From the NCBI GenBank assembly GCA_965228875.1, contig OZ245843.1, positions 2,772,616 to 2,836,615 of the forward strand: 64,000 bases of DNA, written 5' to 3'. Source of the stretch: Thalassobaculaceae bacterium. Lineage in GTDB: Bacteria; Pseudomonadota; Alphaproteobacteria; Thalassobaculales; Thalassobaculaceae. The notes below the pieces were generated by a model, which worked only from the letters and a program-made list of their open reading frames with translations, made no database searches and had not been told where the DNA came from. Within the stretch, counting starts at the first letter, position 1. Every line of letters starts with the position of its first letter. A program made the translations under genes and the position numbers. Below are positions 19,075 through 26,812 of this stretch, piece after piece.

Positions 19075-19510
19075 CCTCTCTATCCCTAAATTCGTCGAGA
19101 ATGTCCTGGTTCGGGATGATGATCCCTCGTGCTCCCGGACGGTAGTTCTGCTCCCAGGCTCCGTTCGGACGATGTGTGATGGCTACGAGGCGGCCGGGCG
19201 ATAAGTGGGACAATTTCGCCACGGCATCGTCCAACAATTCAACAGCAGACTCATCGTCAATGTCCGGCTCACCATGGAACACGTTTCCAACCGGATCTGA
19301 CCCAAACACCTTAACCCGATGGTAGAGCTTCGGGTGAACAGGCCCATAGTCCCAAGCCTCAAAATGACCGCTTACAAGCGGCTGGCCGTTTGTGCGGCCA
19401 AGATGGAACATATGAGCCAGATAAAGCAGTTTTTGGAGTTCCAGGTTTGAAAGAGACCACCCGGAACACTCCGCTAGCCGCTTCGCAGCTGAGAGTACGG
19501 GAACGGTCAT
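19043..19510 (-). CDS. Panacea-domain (DUF4065/SocA-like) antitoxin
   Basis: LQKLLYLAH, FEAWDYGPV, LVAITH...W; GGGGAG RBS before ATG 19510. Confidence 0.88.
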   Translation of the reverse strand: MTVPVLSAAKRLAECSGWSLSNLELQKLLYLAHMFHLGRTNGQPLVSGHFEAWDYGPVHPKLYHRVKVFGSDPVGNVFHGEPDIDDESAVELLDDAVAKLSHLSPGRLVAITHRPNGAWEQNYRPGARGIIIPNQDILDEFRDREDAFRAQRQAG

Positions 19511-19575
19511 GCCGATCTCCCCGATCAATGTTCTTATTTACGTTCACTCAAGACGTGGCTTGAGTTTACCACAGT

Positions 19576-20460
19576 TCAAGCGTTGGCAGCGCGTTTCTTG
19601 TACGGCCCACGCGGTCCCGGCTTCGGTGCCCGTACATCGATCAGCGAAACGATCCACTCCACATCGCGCAGCGTGTCGGTCACGCCGGCGGCCATAGCCG
19701 GGGACATCTTCAGCGTCTTGTGGATGCGGCAGAAATTGTGGTGCAGGAAGTACAACGCGATCATGTGAAAGTGGTTGTCGAGCTTCTTGCTGAACCCGTT
19801 GGTCAACCGCGTGAACCGGCGCATGCCCATCCGCATAGAGAGGTTCTGACGCTCGACATATGATGTGCTGACGTGCGCCTTGTCGGCGTTGCCCGTCTTC
19901 TTCTCTTTGCGGGCGCCGATGCACTCAGCCGGGCTGTAGCGGCCCTTGGCGCTTTCCGGGGTCGTCCCGTACAGCTTCACCAGCTGGGCATAGTCCACAT
20001 CAGCACCAAACGCGCCTTCAATCGCGTCCAGATAAGCCCCGCGACCGTCCGTCGTCAGCTGCACCCGGTTCGCCAGCCGTTCGGCCACGTCGTCCATGAA
20101 CTCTTTCGCATAGTTGCTGTCGCGACCGCCGACCAGGTACGACACGATCAGCTTGCTATCGGCATCCAGCGCGGTCCACGTCCACACGTCACCAGCTTCC
20201 TCGGGAGCCGCCTTCGCGGTGCCTACGTTCTTCTGCTTGGCGTAGCAGAATGACCAGATTTCATCGCACTGCACCCGCTTCGCCTTCACGTCTCGGACTG
20301 TCTCATCGTGATAGGCGGCAGCGGCTTCACCAGCCTCCACCAGCAACTTGGTCACGGTGTTGATCGAGACCCCTACCACCCGCGAGATCGACCGCATGGA
20401 GGAACCTTCCACCAGCATGGCGATGATCTGTACGCGCTTGTGAAGGGGCAGCTTGTTCAT
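19576..20460 (-). CDS. IS1-family transposase (single ORF, HTH plus DDE)
   Basis: HTH EGSSMRSISRVVGVSINTV; VQCDEIWS, LTTDG and SYVERQN catalytic motifs; RRFTRLTNGFSKK; no frameshift seen. Confidence 0.92.
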   Translation of the reverse strand: MNKLPLHKRVQIIAMLVEGSSMRSISRVVGVSINTVTKLLVEAGEAAAAYHDETVRDVKAKRVQCDEIWSFCYAKQKNVGTAKAAPEEAGDVWTWTALDADSKLIVSYLVGGRDSNYAKEFMDDVAERLANRVQLTTDGRGAYLDAIEGAFGADVDYAQLVKLYGTTPESAKGRYSPAECIGARKEKKTGNADKAHVSTSYVERQNLSMRMGMRRFTRLTNGFSKKLDNHFHMIALYFLHHNFCRIHKTLKMSPAMAAGVTDTLRDVEWIVSLIDVRAPKPGPRGPYKKRAANA

Positions 20461-20503
20461 ACCCCTTAGATGGGGTGCCGCTGACCATTATCAAGCATTA
20501 TGT

Positions 20504-20899
20504 TCACTTACGAAACAGGCCAGTTGTGACAGCGAGTACCAGCCCGATAGCGCTGACGGCCGTGCTGCCAACCAGGTATTCTAGAACAGAGCTATCCAGG
20601 CTAAATCCACAAATATTTACAGCAGAGGCAACTAACACTAACCCAACGAAAACAGAATATGCGACCAAGTAGCAAAATACCCATCGCGCATATTTCCAGC
20701 GCAATTTGCGATTTATTTTTAGATCGCGGTTTGTTTCAATAATCGTTTGTGTTTCAGCGAGCTGCCGCCGACTTGCGGCGGCAGTCTCTTTCTTGTCCAT
20801 TTCGTCAGGGGCGGCTTTGAATTCGGCAGCTTCTAGACTCCTGCGCATCGCGCGCAGTGCAGCCTCTCGAACGAATGCGGTTTGGTTGCCGGGGCTCAC
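20504..20899 (-). CDS. Candidate membrane toxin (PanT-like): coiled-coil plus two C-terminal TM segments
   Basis: GTGA overlap with the Panacea stop; RKLRWKYARWVFCYLVAYSVFVGLVLVA and YLVGSTAVSAIGLVLAVTTGLF. Toxin role is inferred. Confidence 0.6.
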   Translation of the reverse strand: MSPGNQTAFVREAALRAMRRSLEAAEFKAAPDEMDKKETAAASRRQLAETQTIIETNRDLKINRKLRWKYARWVFCYLVAYSVFVGLVLVASAVNICGFSLDSSVLEYLVGSTAVSAIGLVLAVTTGLFRK

Positions 20900-21393
20900 A
20901 CTGCTTCTAGTAAGCTGTCGAAATGCTGTTTAATGGTCTTATCATCAATCGGACGATTTCTACCGTGCTCAAATGCCAGAGACCAAGGCGTTCCATCTTG
21001 ATGAGTCAATGCTGACAGCTTAAATGCTGGGTATTTCCCGTATGTATTCCAAACAAGGTCTAGAACCTCAGCCTCTTCCGGCGCTAACTCTTCAAAAGCT
21101 TCGCCGTCACTATCAAAGGAAAATGGTGTATCGTCGCCCCATTTTAGAGGGTGACTAATTGGGGAACGACCAAACTTACGAAGAGCACTATACAAATTTG
21201 GGATGACTGGCCCAAACTCCCATGCCTGAACTTGATCTTCCACTAGCCGTTTATTCAGAACAGCCAGCCCCCAGCCGTGGGCCAGGTAGACCAGCTTCTG
21301 CACCTGCATTTGGGTAATAGGATGCCCTCCCGGAGCTAGCGAGCGCCGGATAAATTCATTCGCAATCGCCAAAGATGAATAGGGAGCGGGCAT
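20896..21393 (-). CDS. Panacea-domain (DUF4065/SocA-like) antitoxin
   Basis: IANEFI, VQKLVYLAH, QAWEFGPVIPNLY, LSALTHQDGTPW; TGATG overlap with the upstream small gene. Confidence 0.9.
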   Translation of the reverse strand: MPAPYSSLAIANEFIRRSLAPGGHPITQMQVQKLVYLAHGWGLAVLNKRLVEDQVQAWEFGPVIPNLYSALRKFGRSPISHPLKWGDDTPFSFDSDGEAFEELAPEEAEVLDLVWNTYGKYPAFKLSALTHQDGTPWSLAFEHGRNRPIDDKTIKQHFDSLLEAV

Positions 21394-21611
21394 CAACCCC
21401 ACCTCGCCGCAGCCGCCTTTTTCGCAATCTCTTTCCGCTCTGCCGGCGACAGAGAATCGGCACGCGCCTTCGCACCAGCCAAACCGCTCTTGCGCTTCGC
21501 AGGCTGTTCGTAACGCGTGTCTTCGATCTCTCCGGTGGCGATCTTGGCGACCATGACCGCAGTGCCGATCACGTCCGCCGGGCGGGTCTCGCCCCTAGGT
21601 CCCTTCGGCAT
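21393..21611 (-). CDS. Small basic IS-associated protein (72 aa)
   Basis: MPKGPRGETRPADVIG...VAKIATGE...GAKARADSLSPAERKEIAKKAAAARW; GGGAG RBS. Resembles small ORFs that accompany IS1/IS1595-type transposases. Confidence 0.75.
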   Translation of the reverse strand: MPKGPRGETRPADVIGTAVMVAKIATGEIEDTRYEQPAKRKSGLAGAKARADSLSPAERKEIAKKAAAARWG

Positions 21612-21868
21612 GGCTTTCTCCCGATCCGGCTTCATTGAGCCGTTCTTCCCGTTAGATGCACCATAGCATGTGCAGGAACTCTGTGGAACGTCCCGGCCCC
21701 TAGTGGTGCGTCTAGGGAATATATGGGGCGATGTGGGAAATTTGCGACCGCGGGGTCAGCCCCGCGAAATTTCAAACTGAGACACTACCCACCCGTCGGC
21801 CCGGTGGACAGCCCGGCGCCGATGACCGATCATCGCGCCGGGTCGACCATCCTGGCGGCGGGACACGC

Positions 21869-23320
21869 GTGATCGATTTCGGACCGGTCTTCTTCATCGT
21901 CGGGCTTCTGTTGACGCTGCTCGCCACGGCCATGTGCATTCCGGCCGCGGTCGATCTCGCGACCGGACACCCCGATTGGCAGGTGTTCCTCGGCGCCGCC
22001 GGAATCACTCTGTTCATCGGCGTCTCGCTGATGCTGTCGACGCCGACGGTGCGCGGGGCCAAGCTCGGGCTGCGCCAGGCGTTCGTTCTGACCACCATGA
22101 GCTGGGTGGCGATCGCCGCGTTCGGCGCCCTGCCCTTCGCCTTCTCCGAACTCGACATGACCCTGGCCGACGCCTTCTTCGAGTCGATGTCGGGCGTGAC
22201 GACGACGGGCTCGACGGTGATCGACAACCTCGACGCCGCTCCTCCGGGCATCCTGCTCTGGCGCGCCCTGCTGCAATGGCTCGGCGGCATCGGCATCATC
22301 GTCATGGCACTTGCCGTTCTGCCGATGCTCAGCGTCGGCGGCATGCAGCTCTTCCAGACCGAGGCGTTCGACGCCCCCGACAAGGTGCTGCCGCGCGCGG
22401 CCCAGCTCGCCGGCGGTATCGGCGGCATCTACCTGGTGCTGACCTTCGCCTGGGCGGTGGCGTTGTGGTTTGCCGGCATGGAGGGGTTCGATGCCGTCGC
22501 CCACGCGATGACGACGATCGCCACCGGCGGCTATTCGACCAAGGACGCCTCGGTCGGCTACTTCAACACGCCGGCAATCGACTGGATCGTCACCGGCGGC
22601 ATGATCGTCGGTAGCCTGCCGTTCGTTCACTACCTGCGCATCGCGCGCGGCGACCTGCGCGGTCTGTTCCGCGACAGCCAGGTGCGGTGGTTCCTGAGCA
22701 TCGTGCTGGCCGCCGTCGCCCTGGTGACGCTGTGGATCCTCAGCCAGGTCGGCCTCGGCACCGAGGACGCGCTGCGGTACGCCGCCTTCAACGTGATCTC
22801 GGTCATCACCGGTACCGGCTACGCCACGACCGATTTCGGCGCATGGGGCGGCTTCGTCGCCACCATGATGTTCGTCCTGATGTTCGTCGGCGGCTGTGCC
22901 GGATCGACCACCTGCGGGATCAAGATCTTCCGTTTCCAGGTGCTTTACGCCACCGCCCAGGTCCAGCTCGCCCGGCTGCTGCGCCCGCACGGGGTGTTCA
23001 TTCCCTACTACAACCGCAAGCCTATTCCCGAGACCGTGTCGGAAGCGGTGATGGGCTTCTTCTTCCTCTACATTCTCTGCTTCGGGCTGGTCGCCATGGC
23101 GCTAGCGGCGATGGGCCTCGATTTCATCACCGCGTTCTCCGGTGCGGCCACGGCGATCAGCAATGTGGGCCCCGGCCTCGGTCCGATCATCGGTCCGGCC
23201 GGGAATTTCGACCCGCTGCCCGAGGCGGCGAAGTGGCTCCTGTGCTTCGCCATGCTCCTCGGCCGCCTGGAACTGTTCACCGTCCTGGTGCTGATAACGC
23301 CGACCTTCTGGCGGAAGTGA
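21869..23320 (+). CDS. trkH: Trk system potassium uptake protein
   Basis: FESMSGVTTTG, QWLGGIG, IATGGYS, GGCAGST, SNVGPG, GRLE; likely GTG start at 21869. Confidence 0.93.
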   Translation: MIDFGPVFFIVGLLLTLLATAMCIPAAVDLATGHPDWQVFLGAAGITLFIGVSLMLSTPTVRGAKLGLRQAFVLTTMSWVAIAAFGALPFAFSELDMTLADAFFESMSGVTTTGSTVIDNLDAAPPGILLWRALLQWLGGIGIIVMALAVLPMLSVGGMQLFQTEAFDAPDKVLPRAAQLAGGIGGIYLVLTFAWAVALWFAGMEGFDAVAHAMTTIATGGYSTKDASVGYFNTPAIDWIVTGGMIVGSLPFVHYLRIARGDLRGLFRDSQVRWFLSIVLAAVALVTLWILSQVGLGTEDALRYAAFNVISVITGTGYATTDFGAWGGFVATMMFVLMFVGGCAGSTTCGIKIFRFQVLYATAQVQLARLLRPHGVFIPYYNRKPIPETVSEAVMGFFFLYILCFGLVAMALAAMGLDFITAFSGAATAISNVGPGLGPIIGPAGNFDPLPEAAKWLLCFAMLLGRLELFTVLVLITPTFWRK

Positions 23321-25151
23321 CCGTCGCAGGCCCGGCCTCCTCCTGAACCGCCGTCGGCGCCGGCCCGAACTGCAGCTCGGCCAGGCGACGGTAGAGCGGG
23401 CTGGTCTCCATGAGCGCACCGTGCCGGCCCTCGGCGACGATGCGCCCCGCCTCCATCACGCAGATCCGGTCGGCCTCGACCACCGTGGCCAGCCGGTGAG
23501 CGATCACCAGGGTCGTGCGCCCGCGCATCAACCGCGACAGGGCGTCCTGCACCAGCCGCTCGTTCTCCGCGTCGAGCGCGCTGGTCGCCTCGTCGAGAAG
23601 CAGGATCGCCGGATCGCGCAGCAGGGCGCGGGCGATCGAGATTCGCTGACGCTCGCCGCCGGAGAGCCGCACCCCCTTCTCCCCGAGGAAGCTGTCGTAG
23701 CCGTCGGGCAGGGCGGCGATGAAGTCGTGGGCGGCGGCATCCCTCGCGGCGGCGACGACCTCGGCGTCGCTGGCGTCCGGCCGGCCGTAGCGGATATTCT
23801 CCATCGCGCTGGCGGCGAACACCACCGGGTCCTGCGACACCAGGGCGATGCCCCGGCGCAGGTCCGACGGCGCGACGCGCCGTGCGTCGACGCCGTCGAC
23901 CCTCACCCGGCCGGCAGCCGGATCGTAGAAGCGCAGCAGCAGTTGGAACACCGTGGTCTTTCCGGCGCCGGACGGCCCGACCAGCGCCACCGTCTCCCCC
24001 GGATCCACGGCGAGCGACAGGCCATCCAGCGCCGAGGACTCAGGCCTTGACGGGTAGTGGAAAGTCACCGCCTCGAAGTCGATCCGGCCTTCCCGCGGCG
24101 ACGGCAGGGCGACGGGATGCGACGGCGCGGCGATCTCAGGCTCGGCCTCCAGCAGTTCGACCAGCCGCTCCGTGGCACCGGCCGCGCGCAGCAGTTCGCC
24201 GTAGACCTCGGAGATGATGCCGACGGAGAACGCGACGGTGATCCCGTAGAAGATGAAGGCCGCCAGTTCGCCCGCCGTCATCCGGCCGGCCATGACGTCG
24301 TTGCCGCCGATCCACAGGACGAACCCGACCGACACGAACACCAGCACGATCACCACCGAGGACAGCAGCCCGCGCAGCCGGATCCGGCGGACCGCCGTGG
24401 CGAAGGCGTCGGCCACCTCGGCGCCGAACCGCCGCCGGTCCTCGTCCTCGTGGGTGAAGGCCTGCACCGTGCGGATCGCCGCCAGGCTCTCTTCCGCGAA
24501 GGCACCGATATCGGCCACACGGTCCTGGGATTCCCGCCCCAGCCGCCGCACCCGCCGACCGATTATCAGGATCGGCACGACGATCACCGGCACCACCAGA
24601 AGCAGCATCGCCGCAAGCTTGGCATTGGTGATGAACAGCATGATCATCCCGCCGATCAGGGCGAGCAGGTTCCGCAACGCCATCGATGCGCTCGAACCGA
24701 TGATCGACTGCAGCAGCGTCGTGTCCGTGGTCAGCCGCGACAGCACCTCGCCGGTGCGAGTGACCTCGAAGAACCCCGGATGCAGGTCGATCACCCGCTC
24801 GAACACCGCGTTGCGGATGTCGGCGACGATCCGCTCGCCAAGCCACGACACCAGATAGAATCGGGCATAGGTGCCGGCGGCGAGCACGACGGACAGGCCG
24901 AGCAGGGCGGCGAGCGCCAAGTCGAGTTGCCCCGGATCGCCGCCGGCGAACCCGTCGTCGACCAGGATGCGCAGCCCCTGTCCCACCGCGAGGGTTGCCG
25001 CCGCCGTGGTCACCAGCGCCACCGCCGCCAGGGCGACACGCCCGCGGTACGGCGCCACGAATGCGAGGACGCGACGGAATATTGTCAGATCGCGGCCTCT
25101 TGGCCGGTCGTCGGGAAGGGTCCGGGTGTCCGGCTTCTGGGGATCGCTCAC
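23277..25151 (-). CDS. ABC exporter, fused TM and ATPase domains (MsbA/ExsA-like)
   Basis: Six-TM domain; GPSGAGKT, LSGGERQR, LDEATSALD. Confidence 0.9.
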   Translation of the reverse strand: MSDPQKPDTRTLPDDRPRGRDLTIFRRVLAFVAPYRGRVALAAVALVTTAAATLAVGQGLRILVDDGFAGGDPGQLDLALAALLGLSVVLAAGTYARFYLVSWLGERIVADIRNAVFERVIDLHPGFFEVTRTGEVLSRLTTDTTLLQSIIGSSASMALRNLLALIGGMIMLFITNAKLAAMLLLVVPVIVVPILIIGRRVRRLGRESQDRVADIGAFAEESLAAIRTVQAFTHEDEDRRRFGAEVADAFATAVRRIRLRGLLSSVVIVLVFVSVGFVLWIGGNDVMAGRMTAGELAAFIFYGITVAFSVGIISEVYGELLRAAGATERLVELLEAEPEIAAPSHPVALPSPREGRIDFEAVTFHYPSRPESSALDGLSLAVDPGETVALVGPSGAGKTTVFQLLLRFYDPAAGRVRVDGVDARRVAPSDLRRGIALVSQDPVVFAASAMENIRYGRPDASDAEVVAAARDAAAHDFIAALPDGYDSFLGEKGVRLSGGERQRISIARALLRDPAILLLDEATSALDAENERLVQDALSRLMRGRTTLVIAHRLATVVEADRICVMEAGRIVAEGRHGALMETSPLYRRLAELQFGPAPTAVQEEAGPATVTSARRSALSAPGR

Positions 25152-25229
25152 GGGGGCCTGCGCGGTTCGGACTCGGTCACCGGAAGATGGGGTGCGATGG
25201 CGGACGGCGGAAGACCGCGCCGGCGATGG

Positions 25230-25667
25230 TCAGCCGGCGCTCCGCTCGACGAAGTCGCGGAATACCGACAGGGTCGCCTCGCTGACATGGTGCTCGATAC
25301 CCTCGGCATCGGCCTCCGCCACCTCGCGGTCGACCCCGATGGCGATCAGAAAGTCGCACACCAGACGGTGACGCTCCTTGCACAGGTCGGCGAGCGCCCG
25401 GCCCTCGTCGGTCAGGAAGATCGCGCGGTAGGGCTTGCTGGTGACGTACCCGTCCCGCTCCAGCCGTTTGACCGTGTTGTTGACTGTCGCGGCTGTGACG
25501 CCGAACCGCTCGGCCAGGGCCACTGCGCGCGCCTCGCCGTCCTGGTCGATCAGATCGGCGATCATCTCGACGTAGTCCTCCGTCACCTCGCGGGCATGCT
25601 CGTCCCGCAGGCGCTTGAAGGTCTGGGCGTGATCCTCCGCCGACCGAATGCTCTCGTCTTCCGCCAT
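25230..25667 (-). CDS. mntR: Manganese-binding transcriptional regulator (DtxR/MntR family)
   Basis: EDYVEMI, HTH GVTAATV, ERH, DAEGIEHHVS; divergent from a metal ABC operon. Confidence 0.88.
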   Translation of the reverse strand: MAEDESIRSAEDHAQTFKRLRDEHAREVTEDYVEMIADLIDQDGEARAVALAERFGVTAATVNNTVKRLERDGYVTSKPYRAIFLTDEGRALADLCKERHRLVCDFLIAIGVDREVAEADAEGIEHHVSEATLSVFRDFVERSAG

Positions 25668-25722
25668 CCTCTCCTCGGCGCCGATATCCGGCCGGACAGT
25701 ACGCCGGGAAGAAAATTCTGGC

Positions 25723-25742
25723 AATTTAGGCTTGACTAACTT
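25723..25742. promoter_or_regulatory. Putative MntR/DtxR-type operator overlapping a -35 element
   Basis: Imperfect palindrome AATTTAG-GCTTGA-CTAACTT containing TTGACT, in the AT-rich gap between mntR and the transporter operon. Confidence 0.5.
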
Positions 25743-25807
25743 TTACAGGTCACCCAACTATTCTCAGACTTCGCTGCAACCAGCTTTGCTGGATGAGGGA
25801 GACCTAC

Positions 25808-26812
25808 ATGGCGCAATACCGCCGCAAACTCCTGAAATCGTTCTGCGCTCTGGCTCTGGGCACCAGTCTCTCGCTGTGCGCCGGCCTCTCGCTGGTCGCC
25901 GGCCGTGCCGATCCGGTATCGGCCGCGCCGGTCGTGACCGTGGTCGCCACCACATCGATGATCGCCGACGCCGCCCGTCAGATCGGCGGCGACCGAGTCG
26001 CGGTGACCGCCCTCATGGGACCGGGCGTCGATCCGCACAGCTACCGCCAGACCCGAAGCGACATCGCCGCCATGCTGCGCGCCGACGCCGTCCTGTGGCA
26101 CGGCCTCTACCTGGAGGCGCAGCTCGAGGAATTTCTGCACGATCTCGCCAAGCGCCGGCCGGTCTTCGCCGTCGGCGAAGCGGTACCCGCGGACCGCCTG
26201 ATCGCCCATGACGACTACGCCGACCGGTTCGATCCGCATGTCTGGATGGACCCGGAGCTATGGCGGCACGTCGTGACCGGCGTGCGCGACGCGCTGACCG
26301 CCGCCGACCCGGATGGCCGAGACGTCTATGCCGCCGGCGCCGCCCGCCATCTGGAGGAGATCGGCGCGCTCGCGGACTACGCCGCAAAGCGCCTGGCCTC
26401 CGTGCCCGAGGCGCGCCGGGTGCTGGTCACCGCCCACGACGCGTTCAACTACTTCGGCCGCGCCTACGGGTTCGAGGTGCTCGGCATCCAGGGAATCTCC
26501 ACGGAGTCCGAGGCCGGTCTGCGCCGTATCGAGGAACTGGTCGACACGCTCGTCTCGCGCGGTGTCTCCGCCGTGTTCGTCGAAAGCTCGGTGCCGGAAC
26601 GCAATGTGCGCGCCCTGATCGAGGGAGCGGCGGCACGGGGCCACGCCGTCGTCATCGGCGGTGAACTGTTTTCCGACGCCATGGGGCGGTCCGGAACCTA
26701 TGAAGGCACGTATATCGGCATGATCGACCACAACGTCACCGGCATCGCCCGGGCGCTCGGCGGCGACGCCCCGGCGGAGGGAATGCAGGGACGGCTGTCG
26801 GCCGGATCGTGA
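25808..26812 (+). CDS. Mn/Zn ABC transporter substrate-binding protein (TroA-like)
   Basis: GVDPHSY, DPHVW, TAHDAFNYF, LFSDAMG. Confidence 0.9.
   Translation: MAQYRRKLLKSFCALALGTSLSLCAGLSLVAGRADPVSAAPVVTVVATTSMIADAARQIGGDRVAVTALMGPGVDPHSYRQTRSDIAAMLRADAVLWHGLYLEAQLEEFLHDLAKRRPVFAVGEAVPADRLIAHDDYADRFDPHVWMDPELWRHVVTGVRDALTAADPDGRDVYAAGAARHLEEIGALADYAAKRLASVPEARRVLVTAHDAFNYFGRAYGFEVLGIQGISTESEAGLRRIEELVDTLVSRGVSAVFVESSVPERNVRALIEGAAARGHAVVIGGELFSDAMGRSGTYEGTYIGMIDHNVTGIARALGGDAPAEGMQGRLSAGS

Larger units (their letters stand above)
18706..21789 (-). mobile_element. IS1-family insertion sequence carrying passenger genes (3,084 bp)
   Basis: Perfect 22-bp TIRs GGTAGTGTCTCAGTTTGAAATT (18706-18727 and 21768-21789); 8-bp direct repeat CACCCGTC at 18698-18705 and 21790-21797; internal DDE transposase; visibly AT-richer than the flanks. 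Confidence 0.93.

Noticed and set aside
18706..21789. Prophage remnant or composite transposon
   Set aside because: There are no phage genes, and only one transposase between a single TIR pair.
21731..21868. trkH N-terminal extension starting inside the IS
   Set aside because: The frame runs through the TIR and target duplication by chance; TrkH-like sequence begins at GTG 21869.
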